From assembly GCA_964016885.1 (NCBI GenBank), contig OZ024741.1, forward strand, positions 222,146,001 through 222,210,000: DNA of 64,000 nt, written 5' to 3'. How positions within the stretch are numbered: position 1 is the first letter of the stretch; every line of letters begins with the position of its first letter. The position numbers were made by a program, and so were the translations under genes. The notes under the pieces were generated by a model. It was not told the origin of the DNA, ran no database searches, and worked only from the letters and a program-made list of their open reading frames with translations. The DNA is from Eledone cirrhosa. Its lineage: Eukaryota. Shown here piece after piece: positions 1 to 12,000 of the stretch.

Positions 1-585
1 TAGACGAGGGTAGCGAGGAAGTAAGTGTTGTCACAAGGCTAGTCGTGATGTGAGGGTGTGATCTTAGTTAAAATACAGTGGAGTAGCGTTTTGGCTAAGA
101 AGAATGTATAGTTTCTAAATTATTAAACATTTACCAGAGTTTACGCAAGGGTGATATTATAATCTAAATCTAAACTATAATAAAGGGGGGAGTGCGAGAC
201 AGCGTCCAGAATATATTATTTTTTATCCCATTTGTAAAATAAGTTGGATTACTTTGAATAAATAATTAATGAATATTACATAATTTATCTACTAAATTTC
301 ATTATTCTTGATTAAATATAAATAATTTTGTCGCTTATTTTAAGATTCACTTCTTTAAAATGTTCAAATGTCAACACTTCCGGTTAGCGATCGCTTCAAT
401 AAACAGTCATATATTTCCGTCACATAAGGCAGTGTAACGCAGTCTTTGTTCAATTTCTGTGTATATTGTCAATTACGATTTTATTTGATGTATCATATCT
501 ACATGTATATATACTTACGTATAATATCAATATGCACACTAGACAGGCAAGCAGAAAACCACCCGAAGGGTGGTTTTTCTGCTAG

Positions 586-971
586 TAATAATAATAATGA
601 AATTATTGTGTACAGTGCTCAAGTGCACTACAAATCCCTAAAGGTGCATGTATAGTGCATAGAATAATGTACAAATGACAGGAAAGTGAACAGTGTATGA
701 GTCATACACTATTCACTTTGGAGGGGTATATCACGTGCAGTGTTGGCGAATTTCAGGAAGCATGGAGGTTTTAAAGGATGCAGTGTCTCGGCAGCTAACA
801 ACTGATGCAGGTACTTTGTTCCATGTTTCAGCAACTCTGAGTTTGAAAAAAATGTTTCCGAAAGTCATGGGAGCTGTGCTGTTTTCTGACTTTGTAGGCA
901 TGCCCACCCATGCTAGACACATTGAATTCAAAAAGGTGCTCTGGGTTGTTGTTGTTGGCAAGATGGTTGAC
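586..971 (-). mobile_element. CR1-clade LINE 3' fragment
   Basis: Near copy of the 3' end of the 3280-4255 element (FF.LRVAE.WNK.P), with a (TAT)n tail. Confidence 0.8.
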
Positions 972-1282
972 GTTCTCAAACTTTTGGGACCGTAATAACC
1001 TCAGCGCCCCCACCCCTATTTCCAGAGAGACCTGCCTTCATACAAATTGTAATTAATATATAATAAATAAAATCGTTACCTATATAATAAATAATATAAT
1101 ATATACTATGTATCATAAAATATTATATATTTTATAATTTTCTATATTTATAGATAATATGTATCATTTTATATTTAATATACTATTATATCATTTTTAC
1201 CGCCCCGCCCCCGCAGGTCCCAGCGCCTCCTGGACCTTCTCAGTGCCCCCGGGCGCGGTAGCGCCCACTTTGACAACCTCTG
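972..1282. mobile_element. hAT-like non-autonomous element remnant
   Basis: Left end GTTCTCAAACTTTTGGG; right end reverse complement CAGAGGTTGTCAAAGTGGG; both resemble hAT/Charlie-type TIRs. Confidence 0.45.
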
Positions 1283-1380
1283 TTATAGACAGTATCTCGA
1301 AATTAGCGATCCTACTTCACGATTTTCGTTTCCTACATTATCCGTAACACAAGTGTTTTGTTTGTTTTGCGTAAACTAGA

Positions 1381-1431
1381 ATGAGAGTTCCCTCCCTTAG
1401 TATGCTTTGCTTTTAATGTTTATTTTGTCAC
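1381..1431 (+). CDS. Candidate IDS signal-peptide exon (needs one extra T in the TTTT run at 1411-1414)
   Basis: ATG at 1381 and a strong donor C|GTAAGT at 1432. With one extra T it reads MRVPSLSMLCFLMFILS and ends in phase 1, matching the exon at 8923. As written there is an in-frame TAA. Confidence 0.35.
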
Positions 1432-1769
1432 GTAAGTACCCCATAGTGGAAATTGTTGTTATTAACCACAACTAATTGTTTATATATATTGTAACACATG
1501 TTTGAAAGATTAGAAACAAATCGCAGGTTGTCAGGCAACACATTAATTCCAATTTAGGCACAAAGCCAGCAATTTATTTATCAAGGATAAAAGACAACAC
1601 AATGGTGATAGTAATGATAGCAATGGTTTCTTGATTTAAGCACAAGGCCAACAATTTTTGGGGAAGGGAAAATCGATTAAATCGGCTCCAATGCGTTACT
1701 TGTACTTTATGACCCCGAAAAAAGATGAAAGGCAAAATAATGATGATGATGATGATAATAATAATAATA

Positions 1770-2120
1770 ATTGTTTCTACTTTTGGCACAAGGCCAGCAA
1801 TTACCCAGTGCATTACTGTTACTTTATTTTATCGACCGCGTAAGGATGAAAGGCAAAGTTAACCTCGGTGGGATTTGAACTTAGAATGGCAACGACCGTA
1901 ACTTTATGCGTCAAATCATGGCGTCCGACCCTCTACCGATACTGCCAATCCACTGCTGATTTAGGCACGAGGCCGACAATTTTGGGGAGGGTAAAGTCAA
2001 TTAAATTTATCCCAGTGCATTACAAGTACTTTATTATATCAACCCCGTAAGGATGAAAGGCAAAGCTAACCTCGACTGGATTTGAAATCAGAATGCAAAG
2101 AGCCGTAACTCTATGCCGCG
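1770..2120 (-). mobile_element. Two SINE family B copies (tRNA-like head, Nin-like domain GCCTTTCATCCTT.CGGGGTCGATAAAATAAAGTACCAG, (TAT)n tail)
   Basis: Near-identical copies throughout the window. Confidence 0.8.
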
Positions 2121-3279
2121 AAGTGTTTCTAAGTTAGGCACACGGTTAGCAGTTTGGAAGAATGAGGGGGAAAGTCGATTATAACTCCAGTACTTAACTG
2201 GCACCATATTTTATCGACTCTTGAAAGGATGAAAGGCTAAGTAACTCAGTGGTATTCGAACGCAAAGAGCAGGAACAAATACTGTAAAGCATCAGTTCTA
2301 ACGCTCTAACGATTCTCCCAGCCTACTACCCTCTAATTTCGTTTTAATAACAATGCTGATCGCTTTGCCCGCTACACCGAGCTAAACCTGATCATTAAGT
2401 GAGCCCTAGCTTAGGTAAATATCCCCTCAGTTCTAGAGCCGGCTGGATTGTCCAGAAGTGATGGGAAGACGGCCTTAACCTTTGTCCCTAGATAAGAGGT
2501 AGATGTGTAGCGAAACCTATCGACACCTCGAAACCTGGGTGACACCTAAAGGTCAAACTCTTGGTCACCACCCTTTTGGCGTTAACAAGTTGATGCGTGG
2601 GCGATCCCTCGAGGCAGGGGACACAAAGCTGGGGATATAAATAGCCGGTGGAAGAGAGAGAGAGAATTCAATCATGACGAGAACTACTACCACGGTCTGC
2701 AACCATCACTAATACCCTTCGTTACAGGTGTCTCATTTTAGATGTAAAATATACGATGTTTGAATATATAGCAGAAAAGGATGTTTGGTTAGATGTTACT
2801 CGGTTGTAGCTTGGTTGTATGTTACTGAGTTGTAGCTTCATGTTGTACCACTTAAGCAGATGAATCATAATCTATAAAGCTCAGTGTGTGGTCATGCTCC
2901 TTTCTTATAGAAATCTACGATATAGAATTTCTTCAATTGAAATTTACAATTCAGTATTCGAAATAGTTTCGATTGCGTCTTGGCACATCTCACTTTTTCA
3001 ATTTCACCCACAATTACGCAAAAAATAGATAAAACTCAATATTTTACGATCTTTCTCTGTCATTTAAACTGCTAAACTCTTTCCACTACCATTCAAAATC
3101 TATACAACTTCATACTTTCTGCTACTTTCTCTTTCCAAGCTTGATGGTGATACTGTCCGTTTCAAAAGCAACAGATACATTTATTCAACAAGCGATAAAT
3201 CTTTTTTAAAACCTCTTTTCCAGACGCATACAAACACACACTCACTTCAACAACAACAACAACAATCTGCCTTTTATAG

Positions 3280-4255
3280 ATAATGATAATAATAATGATA
3301 ATAATAATGAAATTATTGTGTAAAGTGCTCAGGTGCACTACAACTCGTCAATATAGTACATAGAATAATACACAAATGCCAGGGAAGTACATGTTTGTAT
3401 GTGTTAGCTGTAGTGTTGGCGGATCTCGGGAAGCATGGAGGCCTTAAAGGATGCAGCGTCTCGACAGCTAACAACTGATGCAGGTAGTTTGTTCCATGCT
3501 TCAGCAACTCTGAGCGTGAAAAAATGTTTCCGAAAGTCATGGGAACTGTGCTGTTTTCTTACTTTGTGGGCATGTCCACGTGTGTTAGACACATGGAAAT
3601 CGAAAAGGCACTCAGGGTTGTTGTTGGCAACATGGTTAACAATTTTGTGGGTGTTTACCAAGTCAGTTGCCAGGCGTCGGAGCTTCAATGAATCCATGCC
3701 CAGGGAAGCAAGGCGATCAGAGTATGGTAGATGCCTGATGGAGGGTATTCGCTTGGTTGCACGTCTCTGAACAGTTTCCAGGCGGTCAATGTCCTGAGCA
3801 AGATAGGGGTTCCAGACTGGTGATGCAAATTCTAAGTGTGGTCGCACCATAGCTGTATACAGCCTTAAATAGATATCTGGAGAGCGGCTGACAAAGGTCT
3901 TGCTGAGTGATGCTAAGACACCCTCGGCCCTCTTGACAATTTTAGAGACGTGCCTCGTCCAACGCAAATCGCTGCTGACCGTAATGCCCAGGTCACGTTC
4001 ACAGGAAGACTTCTTGATATTAGTGCTGTGGAGGGAATATGTGGACGCTGGGTTTTTACTCCCAAAAGGCATGGTGGTGCACTTGTCCACAGCTAGCTTG
4101 AGTTGCCAGTCTGAGATCCACTGTTGCATTGTGTCCAGGTCAGACTGCAAGCAAGATCTATAGTGTTCAGGATCTGTCCTTTTTATCTCAAGGTACAGCT
4201 TGATGTCGTCTGCGTACTTTAGTACTGTGGCATTCCTTAAGTTGGTGATAAACAA
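3280..4255 (-). mobile_element. CR1-clade LINE, 5'-truncated; RT C-terminal ORF at 3404-4255
   Basis: KYADDIKL, ERDLGI, LY..MVRPHLEFASPVWNP, LETVQRRATK, TRGH; 3' UTR with an (ATT)n tail. Isolated 3' UTR pieces also at about 47665-47750 and 57990-58065. Confidence 0.92.
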
Positions 4256-4257
4256 TA

Positions 4258-4535
4258 ATATCCTCTATGAGGTCACTAAACCTGCTAGAAACAGCAGCTA
4301 ACTCTTCCCCATATCACACCCATCCCTACTGTCTTAAATTTAGAAAACATATCTTCTATGAGGTCACTAAACCTGCTAGAAACAGCAGCTAACTCTCCTC
4401 CATATCACACCACTCCCTACTGTCTTAAATTTAGAAAACACATATTCTCTATGAGGTCACTAAACCTGCTAGAAACAACAGCTAACTCTCCCTCATATCA
4501 CAACCCTCCCTACTGTCTTAAATTTAGAAAACACA
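4258..4535 (+). repeat. Three tandem copies of an approximately 95-bp unit
   Basis: TCTATGAGGTCACTAAACCTGCTAGAAACAGCAGCTAACTCT... repeated three times. Confidence 0.9.
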
Positions 4536-6339
4536 GACAACCATGCAGAACAACTCCATCGCAGCTCTGTTGTTCGGCTGGCATCGTCTACGCGCGTGTT
4601 GCGCAAGTACTGTGAAACAATAAATTTCAACACTTTTTTGCACAGAGATAATATCCATAGGCAAAACTACAATTGTCACTGCTGGCGCAGCTCATGCTTC
4701 CAGGTCTGCAATTCATTCACCCAGTGCCTGGCAGACAAAAAAGTGCTGCCATAAAATGGGTGGTGCAACCTAACTTTGGTAACTTAATGGCCCCGAGCAA
4801 CGCCAGGCTTTAATGCTAGTCTTTAATATAGTTGTTGTTGTTGGCAAGTGAGTAAGTGAAGTCAAAAATTGTACTCACTTGTTGGTGTGAAATGATATTA
4901 CCTTAGGAAAACTGATTTTCCCATATCACGTCAGAAGAAATATTTTTAGTATGTGAGCAGATTCAATGGTGGCAGAAATTATCAGAAGACTGTTTAAACT
5001 TTTTTACAAAGGGTTTATTTTCAACCATACAATATTACAATGCTGCCGGCATGCCACATGAGTAAGTGAAATCAAATAAAGTGTTGGAAGAAAGGGGTTG
5101 GTTCCTTGCCGATAGGGCCAAAGTTTCTTCTTTAACGTTACATCTTACTAGTATCGACACGAGAATGTAAATAGGTCTTGTCTTCTCGAAGTGAATGCAG
5201 CAACTGTCTGAAGTCAAAAGAAGAAGTGCAAATTTCTTAGTTGGATAGAAGTAACAGTATATTCATGTGCGACTTACACGATTGGTCAACCAGTAACCAA
5301 ATCGCGTATGAAAGATTATTGTTGCAAGATACGAAATAATGCTGCTACATCATCTGGGACACCACAGTAAGTGACTATATTTATTTTTAGAACAATACCT
5401 TAATGTTGGATGGGCAGCCGGTTACAGTTGGTTTGAACAAAAAGATATGAGAGAATTCTGGCTGTATGTGGCCGGTTTAAATGCTAAAGGGTTAAATATT
5501 GCTGGACTCCTGGCTAATCAGTTGATATGGGGTCACTTTCCTAATTACCTGGGTAAAGGCATGAACATCATGTAATTTCCTTTTCTTATAAATCTAATGA
5601 TGTCTATATGCAGACTATAAATGTTACAATAGTCATATTTTCATTTGCAGGACAAACAAATGGTAATCAAAAACCAAACTAAACATAGAGTAACTAACTA
5701 ATTTTTAGTTATGTTGTTAAACCTATTAGTTTGGTTACAGTTGCTTACATGTGCCAATAGTTTGTATCCCTTTGACCAACAAAATTCTGGTAAGTTAACC
5801 AAATTACTTCTTATATTTTACTTTCCATTATTAAATCATTGGATTGGCAGTATTAGTAGAACATCAGTCAAAATGCTTTGCAATATTTAATGAAGACTTT
5901 GATGTTGTTCAGAGTTAAAATACTGCCAAGGACAACTTTGCCTTTCATCCATTAGAGGTTGATAAGATAACCAGTTAATTATTGGGGCTGATATAATTGA
6001 CTTTCTCCTTCCCCCAATGTAAGCAAGAATTATTATGTTCTTCCTTTTCTTAACATCTAACACTGATGTTTTATTTTCCTAAATTCACATTTCATTACTG
6101 AATTTCCTGCCATTTAAGACACTATTTTTATTCGTCAATAAGTCTTGAAAAATCTTACTAGGGCATAAATTATGTTATTCAAAAACAATGTTTCCCAGTC
6201 TTTTTATCAACCAACTCCTTTTCATTGTCAACAGTTAAAATTTGTTATTCTAGCATAAGTTGGACAGGTTGATGGATATCAAGTCAAAACTCAATTGGCA
6301 CCCTTGGGGGCTCCATCTCACTTACGTACATTCCTACAC

Positions 6340-6670
6340 TTTACAGACTGTACTGGGTGTATTTTATCATGACACCAACACTGTCATTTCACAGAGTGTA
6401 CTGCATGCATTTTATCGTGGCACCAGTACTACTACTATACAGAGTGTACTGGGTGCATTTTGTCATGGCACCAGCACTACCACTATACAGAGTGTACTGG
6501 GTGCATTTTGTCATGGCACCAGCACTATCACTATACAGAGTGTACTGGGTGCATTTTGTCATGGCACCAGCACTACCACTATACAGAGTGTATTGGGTAC
6601 ATTTTGTCATGGCACCAGCACTACCACTATATACAATGTACTGGGTGCATTTTATCATGGCACCAGCATG
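6340..6670 (+). repeat. 48-bp minisatellite (about 6.5 units)
   Basis: TACAGAGTGTACTGGGTGCATTTTGTCATGGCACCAGCACTACCACTA repeats, which explain the periodic ORFs at 6260-6850. Confidence 0.92.
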
Positions 6671-7164
6671 AGGGAGATTGTTGTCCCCTTGATACAACTG
6701 AAGAGGCCTCTTAGCCCTATATTTGGCATGTTATATTTAAATGAATTTTTCTACAGGTTCCTTGCTACAATTACTCTCCTCCCAGGTTGTTATATGGCAA
6801 GAATAACAGTCAAAAGAGAAAAATGTTTATACTTACAGAAAATGTTTTGAACAAAGTACTTGAAATTTTGAACTTAGCTTGCAGGCCCCCCAGTTCTACC
6901 TTTACAGACCTCAGTTTAAATCCAAGCTTAGAAGAAGTCTTTTTATATTATTTCCAACAAATAAGGGCAGTGTATTAGGAAAATCATAAGAGCATTGGAC
7001 AAAATGCATTCTGAATTCAAATATTGCTGAATTTAACTTTGCCGTTTATCCTTCCAAGGTCGTTCAAATAAAGTACCAGTCAAGTACTGGAGTCAATTTA
7101 ATCGACTATCCTCTCACACAAAATTTCTGGCCTTGTGCATATATTTGAAACCAATGTTTCCAAC

Positions 7165-7370
7165 GAGAATGCTATTGTTGTTGCTAAGACCCCTATCAGC
7201 TCTGATCAAAAGGTTGCTATTGTTGTTGCTAAGCTCCCTATCAGCTCTGACCAAGTTGACCTTTAATCAAAAGGTTGCTATTGTTGCTAAGCTCCCTATC
7301 AGCTCTGCTCAAAGGTTGCTATTGTTGTTGCTAAGCTCCCTGTCAACTCTGATGTCTTATGATCAACAGG
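7165..7370 (+). repeat. Degenerate tandem repeat, unit about 45-60 bp
   Basis: GTTGCTATTGTTGTTGCTAAGCTCCCTATCAGCTCTGA, about four copies. Confidence 0.8.
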
Positions 7371-8046
7371 TTTTTCAGTTGTAACCACTCTGCCTTTTTT
7401 TCATTTTTCTGAAACATAACATGTCTAGGAATACACTTTCCAGTATATTCTTTTTTAAGACTATAGGTTGTGATTCAAGGGAGATTTAGATGCTGTTTCT
7501 AGTAGGCAGAAGATTCCTCATTGGGGATACAAGCAGAAGACATACTGTCAATACAGGGGCATAGAATTCATCATTATCATCATCAGTAGTATCCATCATC
7601 ATCCTCACCATTAACACCACCACCACCACCACCACCACCTCAACCACCATCATCATTTAAGGTTCATTTAATGACTATTTTCCCTACTAGAAAGGGTTGG
7701 ATTGGTTGTTACAGAACCCCACTAAAAACCACTGACAAGACCATCATTGACCACAACAGACCACTACTTGACACCACAGACTCCCTCTGACCAATACTGA
7801 CCACTGCTGAGAACCACAGTCTACTATAGATCATTACTAACCATTAGTCATATTTTGTGCAGTCAGTAGCTCTGATTAAGTACTGACTTTATCTGTGACA
7901 GACCGTCCAACCCATGCCTAGCATTGAAAAAATAAATGAATTTTAAATGATGGTATTGATGTTAATGGCTAAAATCTTTTAAATTAAGTACCCCAGTATG
8001 GTCAGTGTCCAATAACCAAAATCAGACATATTCTAGTGGAGATAAT

Positions 8047-8851
8047 GAGATAATTATAATAATTGTTTCTACTTTAGGCACAAGTCCAGCAATTACCCAG
8101 TACATTACTGCTACTTTATTTTATCAACCCCGTAAGGATGAAAGGCAAAGTTAACCTCGGCGGGATTTGAACTCAGACTGTAAAGGGACGTAACTATGCT
8201 AGAAAACATGGCGTCCAACCCTCTACCGATACTGCCAATTCACCGCCCGAGATAATTATAATAATTGTTTCTACTTTAAGCACAAGTCCAGCAATTACCC
8301 AGTAAATTACTGCTACTTTATTTTATCAACCCCGTAAGGATGAAAGGCAAAGTTAACCTCGGCGGGATTTGAACTCAGACTGTAAAGGGACGTAACTATG
8401 CTAGAAAACATGGCGTCCAACCCTCTACCGATACTGCCAATTCACCGCCCGAGATAATTATAATAATTGTTTCTACTTTAAGCACAAGTCCAGCAATTAC
8501 CCAGTACATTACTGCTACTTTATTTTATCAACCCCGTAAGGATGAAAGGCAAAGTTAACCTCGGCGGGATTTGAACTCAGACTGTAAAGGGACGTAACTA
8601 TGCTAGAAAACATGGCGTCCAACCCTCTACCGATACTGCCAATTCACCGCCCGAGATAATTATAATAATTGTTTCTACTTTAGGCACAAGGCCAGCAAAT
8701 TACCCAGTGCATTACTGGTACTTTATTTTATCGACCCCGTAAGGATGAAAGGTAAAGTCAACCTCGGCGGGATTTGAACTCAGATCGTAAAGGGACGTAA
8801 CTATGCTGGAAAGCATGGCGTCCGACCTTCTACCGATACTGCCAATCCACT
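8047..8851 (-). mobile_element. Tandem array of four SINE family B copies, period 202 bp
   Basis: Units start at 8047, 8249, 8451 and 8653. Confidence 0.92.
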
Positions 8852-8922
8852 GAATTATAATAATGACTGACTATTGGATTGTCCGGCCGCTTTTTCTTCA
8901 CACTTTGTTTTTGTTGTTTCAG

Positions 8923-9062
8923 AAATCCGAAAGAACGTGTTGTTTATTGTTGTGGATGATCTCCGACCCACTCTTGGTTGTTACGACCACCCGGTAGTAA
9001 TAACACCCAATATTGACCAGTTGGCCTCAAAATCAATAAAGTTCAATAAAACCTATGCCCAA
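8923..9062 (+). CDS. IDS: IDS exon ([15 protein letters not shown]...KTYAQ)
   Basis: tttcAG acceptor at 8921-8922, GTAAGC donor at 9063, metal-binding DD motif. Confidence 0.93.
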
Positions 9063-12000
9063 GTAAGCTCTTTGATTATATTTAGATTGCTATATGATAT
9101 CTGTTGGAAAAAATATGACATTAGGCTAAGGAAAATTATGTACTTAGTGGGGTTCAATTACTTATTCTCTTTGAAGGAGGACCCTTGTGCATCCATACAC
9201 TTAACCCAACAATCCTTCCACTGCTCGAAGCAAACATGAAATGCTTCTCCCTGAATAGCTCTCAGCTTTGCTGTTACAGTTCCCACAATGTTCTCTTGGC
9301 TCTTGAAGAGAGAGTCTTTCAGTAGCATCTTTGATTTTGGCAACTAATTAAAGTCAGGAGCCATATCTGGAGTGTATGAATCCTGGTAAATGAGCGAAAT
9401 GCCTTTCTTTGCCTAGAAACCCTGAATCAGCTGTGATGAATGTGCAGGAGTGTTGTCATGATGCAGCTGCCAGTTTTGTAAGGCCCACATATCTCGTCTC
9501 ATGCCAAACTGCACCCCAAAGACAATGGAGAACTTCCTGATGGTACCCTTTTGTAATTGTTTATCCATCTAGTGTTTATTCATGATGCACTACACCGCAA
9601 AGTATCACCTTCATTTTGCTCTGCACCAGACATGTTTTGGGGGCTTTAGCAATGTTGGATCCTTCTACTGTTATGACTAGGCTTTAGTTTCTGAGTCATA
9701 CCCATACATATATAATATACTAGTGGGCCTGCATCATCAAAATGGACACACACATGTATACATGAGCACACTTAAAGTTATTCATATTTATTGTTGCTGT
9801 GTTGTAAAATACTTGGTGTGGCAATAAAGTCTTTGGAATAGAAAGCTGTGTGCCGTATATAGCAGTAAATGTAGATAATATTAGTTGGAATTTGAACTTT
9901 GTTGTACGCATGTGATATTCTGTATGAATGCTGTATTTTATCACAGGCCTATGCATAATTATTTTGTTCAAACTGCTCAATTCACAAAAGATTTTTTCCA
10001 GAGGAAAAGTGTGTCAAAATCAAACAATCACCATATAGTCTCGACTTAAATTTTTGCGATCGTTGGGTGTTCAAGTTATTAAAGTGACATCTTTGAAAAT
10101 TTGTTTTCACTTCATTAGAAGAGGTGGTAGATGAATCGTTGCGCTGGTTCCAGAAAGAGTTAAATGCTTTGCATAAGTACTGTAAAGATGTTATTGCATT
10201 CAATGGAGATTATGTTTGGCAGAATAAATAAATTTTAATTTCAATATGTTATGCATTTTCATTTAAAGGGTTATTCTAAAGACTTTATTGCCACGTCAAG
10301 TATATCACATCTACACCTACATCTGCTGTGTGTAGCAATACACATAAATACTTGTATGATTATACGTTGTATCTAAATTGTCTTATATGTTGTATCTAAA
10401 TTGTCTTGTTTGAGTAGCAGGCTGTGTGTGGTCCCAGCAGAACCTCATTCTTAACAGGTCGTCGTCCAGATACCACCAGGTTGTATAATTTCAGATCTTA
10501 CTGGCGGAAAGCAGCTGGTAATTTCACTACTTTGCCACAATATTTCAAAGATAATGGTTACTTTACAGTTTCTGTGGGAAAAGTATTCCATCCAGGTATG
10601 TTATTTTGCAATCAGAGATTTTTACATTTTTACAATTTTACAATTTTTAATTTTTACACTTACAGTTTTTAATTTTTACAATTTGAATTTTTGCATTTTT
10701 ACAATAAATATTTACAAGTTTACAATTTTCAATTTTTACAATTTTACAATTTTCAATTTTTGTATTTTTACATTTTTATAATTCTTTATTTTTACATTTT
10801 GACAACTTTACATCTTTACAATTTTACAATTATTAATTTTTACAATTTTACAATTTTAAATTTTTGCAATTTTAAATTTTTACAATTTTACAATTTCAAA
10901 TTTTTATAATTTTACAATTTTAAATTTTTACAATTTTAAAATTTTGCAATTTTACATGTATGTCAGGAAAAATCAGAATTTTGAAGAAAATTTAAACTGA
11001 CAATAAATAGGATGGTGATAGCTTCTTTAACCCTTTCCTTGCCCTGATAATTATATAACCTGATAGTTATATACACCCTGATAGTTATATATACTCTGAT
11101 AGTTATATATCCTGACAGTTATGTACACTCTAATATTTATATATACCCTGATAATTATTTAATATATTTGTTATATACCATGATAGTATACCCTGACAAT
11201 TATATACCTTAAAGGTTATACACCTTGATAGTTATATACACTGGTAGCTGTATACCCTGATAATTATCTACTCCAGTTGTTATATATCATGATATTATAC
11301 CCTGATAATTATATACCCTGATGGCTATACACCCTGACACACTGGTAGTTGTATATCCTGATAATTATATACCCTGATAATTATATACCCTGATAATTAT
11401 ATACCTTGATAGTTATAAACCCTGATAATTATACACCCTGGTAGTTATATATCCTTGATAGTTATATATACCCTTTATAGTTATATATATCCTGATAGGT
11501 ATATAACCACTGATAGTCATATTGCCTGGTAGTTATATAGACTGATAGTTTTATACACTGATGGTTTTTACCCCGATAGTTATATACCATGATGGTTATA
11601 CACATTGATAGTAATATATCCTGATGGTTATATACACAGTTATATACCCAGATAATTATACACTATGATCTGATATTTATAATGACCTTATATTAACAAG
11701 GAACATTAATGCAAATCTTTCTCACTCTGATTTTCAGGACGTTCCTCAGGTTTTACAGATGACTACCCATATAGTTGGAGCATACCCCCATACCATCCAC
11801 CAACAGAGAAATATAAAATGGCCAAGGTAAAGTTTCCTCTTTCTTCATGAGTGATTAAAATGTTTGAAGTTGAAAAATAGAAGCTGAAGTAAATAGTGAT
11901 GGTCTGGGTTGTCAAAGAAAGGGACTGATTGTCAGATCAAACCAAGGAAACAATGTTTCTAGTGATACTATTTGCCAGTCTAACATACCTTTGAATATAT

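Noticed and set aside
1-440. Promoter or first exon of a neighbouring gene (ETS-like ACTTCCGG at 376-383, GTAAGT at 21)
   Set aside because: The motifs are short and there is no coding evidence inside the window.
1199-1215. Sp1 GC boxes for the IDS promoter
   Set aside because: They lie inside the hAT-like element, so a regulatory role is not supportable from sequence alone.
5308-5366. IDS first coding exon ending at the GTAAGT at 5367
   Set aside because: Neither frame gives a hydrophobic signal peptide. It could still be a non-coding or alternative exon, but I cannot support that.
6260-6850. 196-aa repeat-protein ORF or CRISPR-like array
   Set aside because: It is a contiguous 48-bp tandem repeat with no unique spacers and no cas genes; the open frames follow from the unit length.
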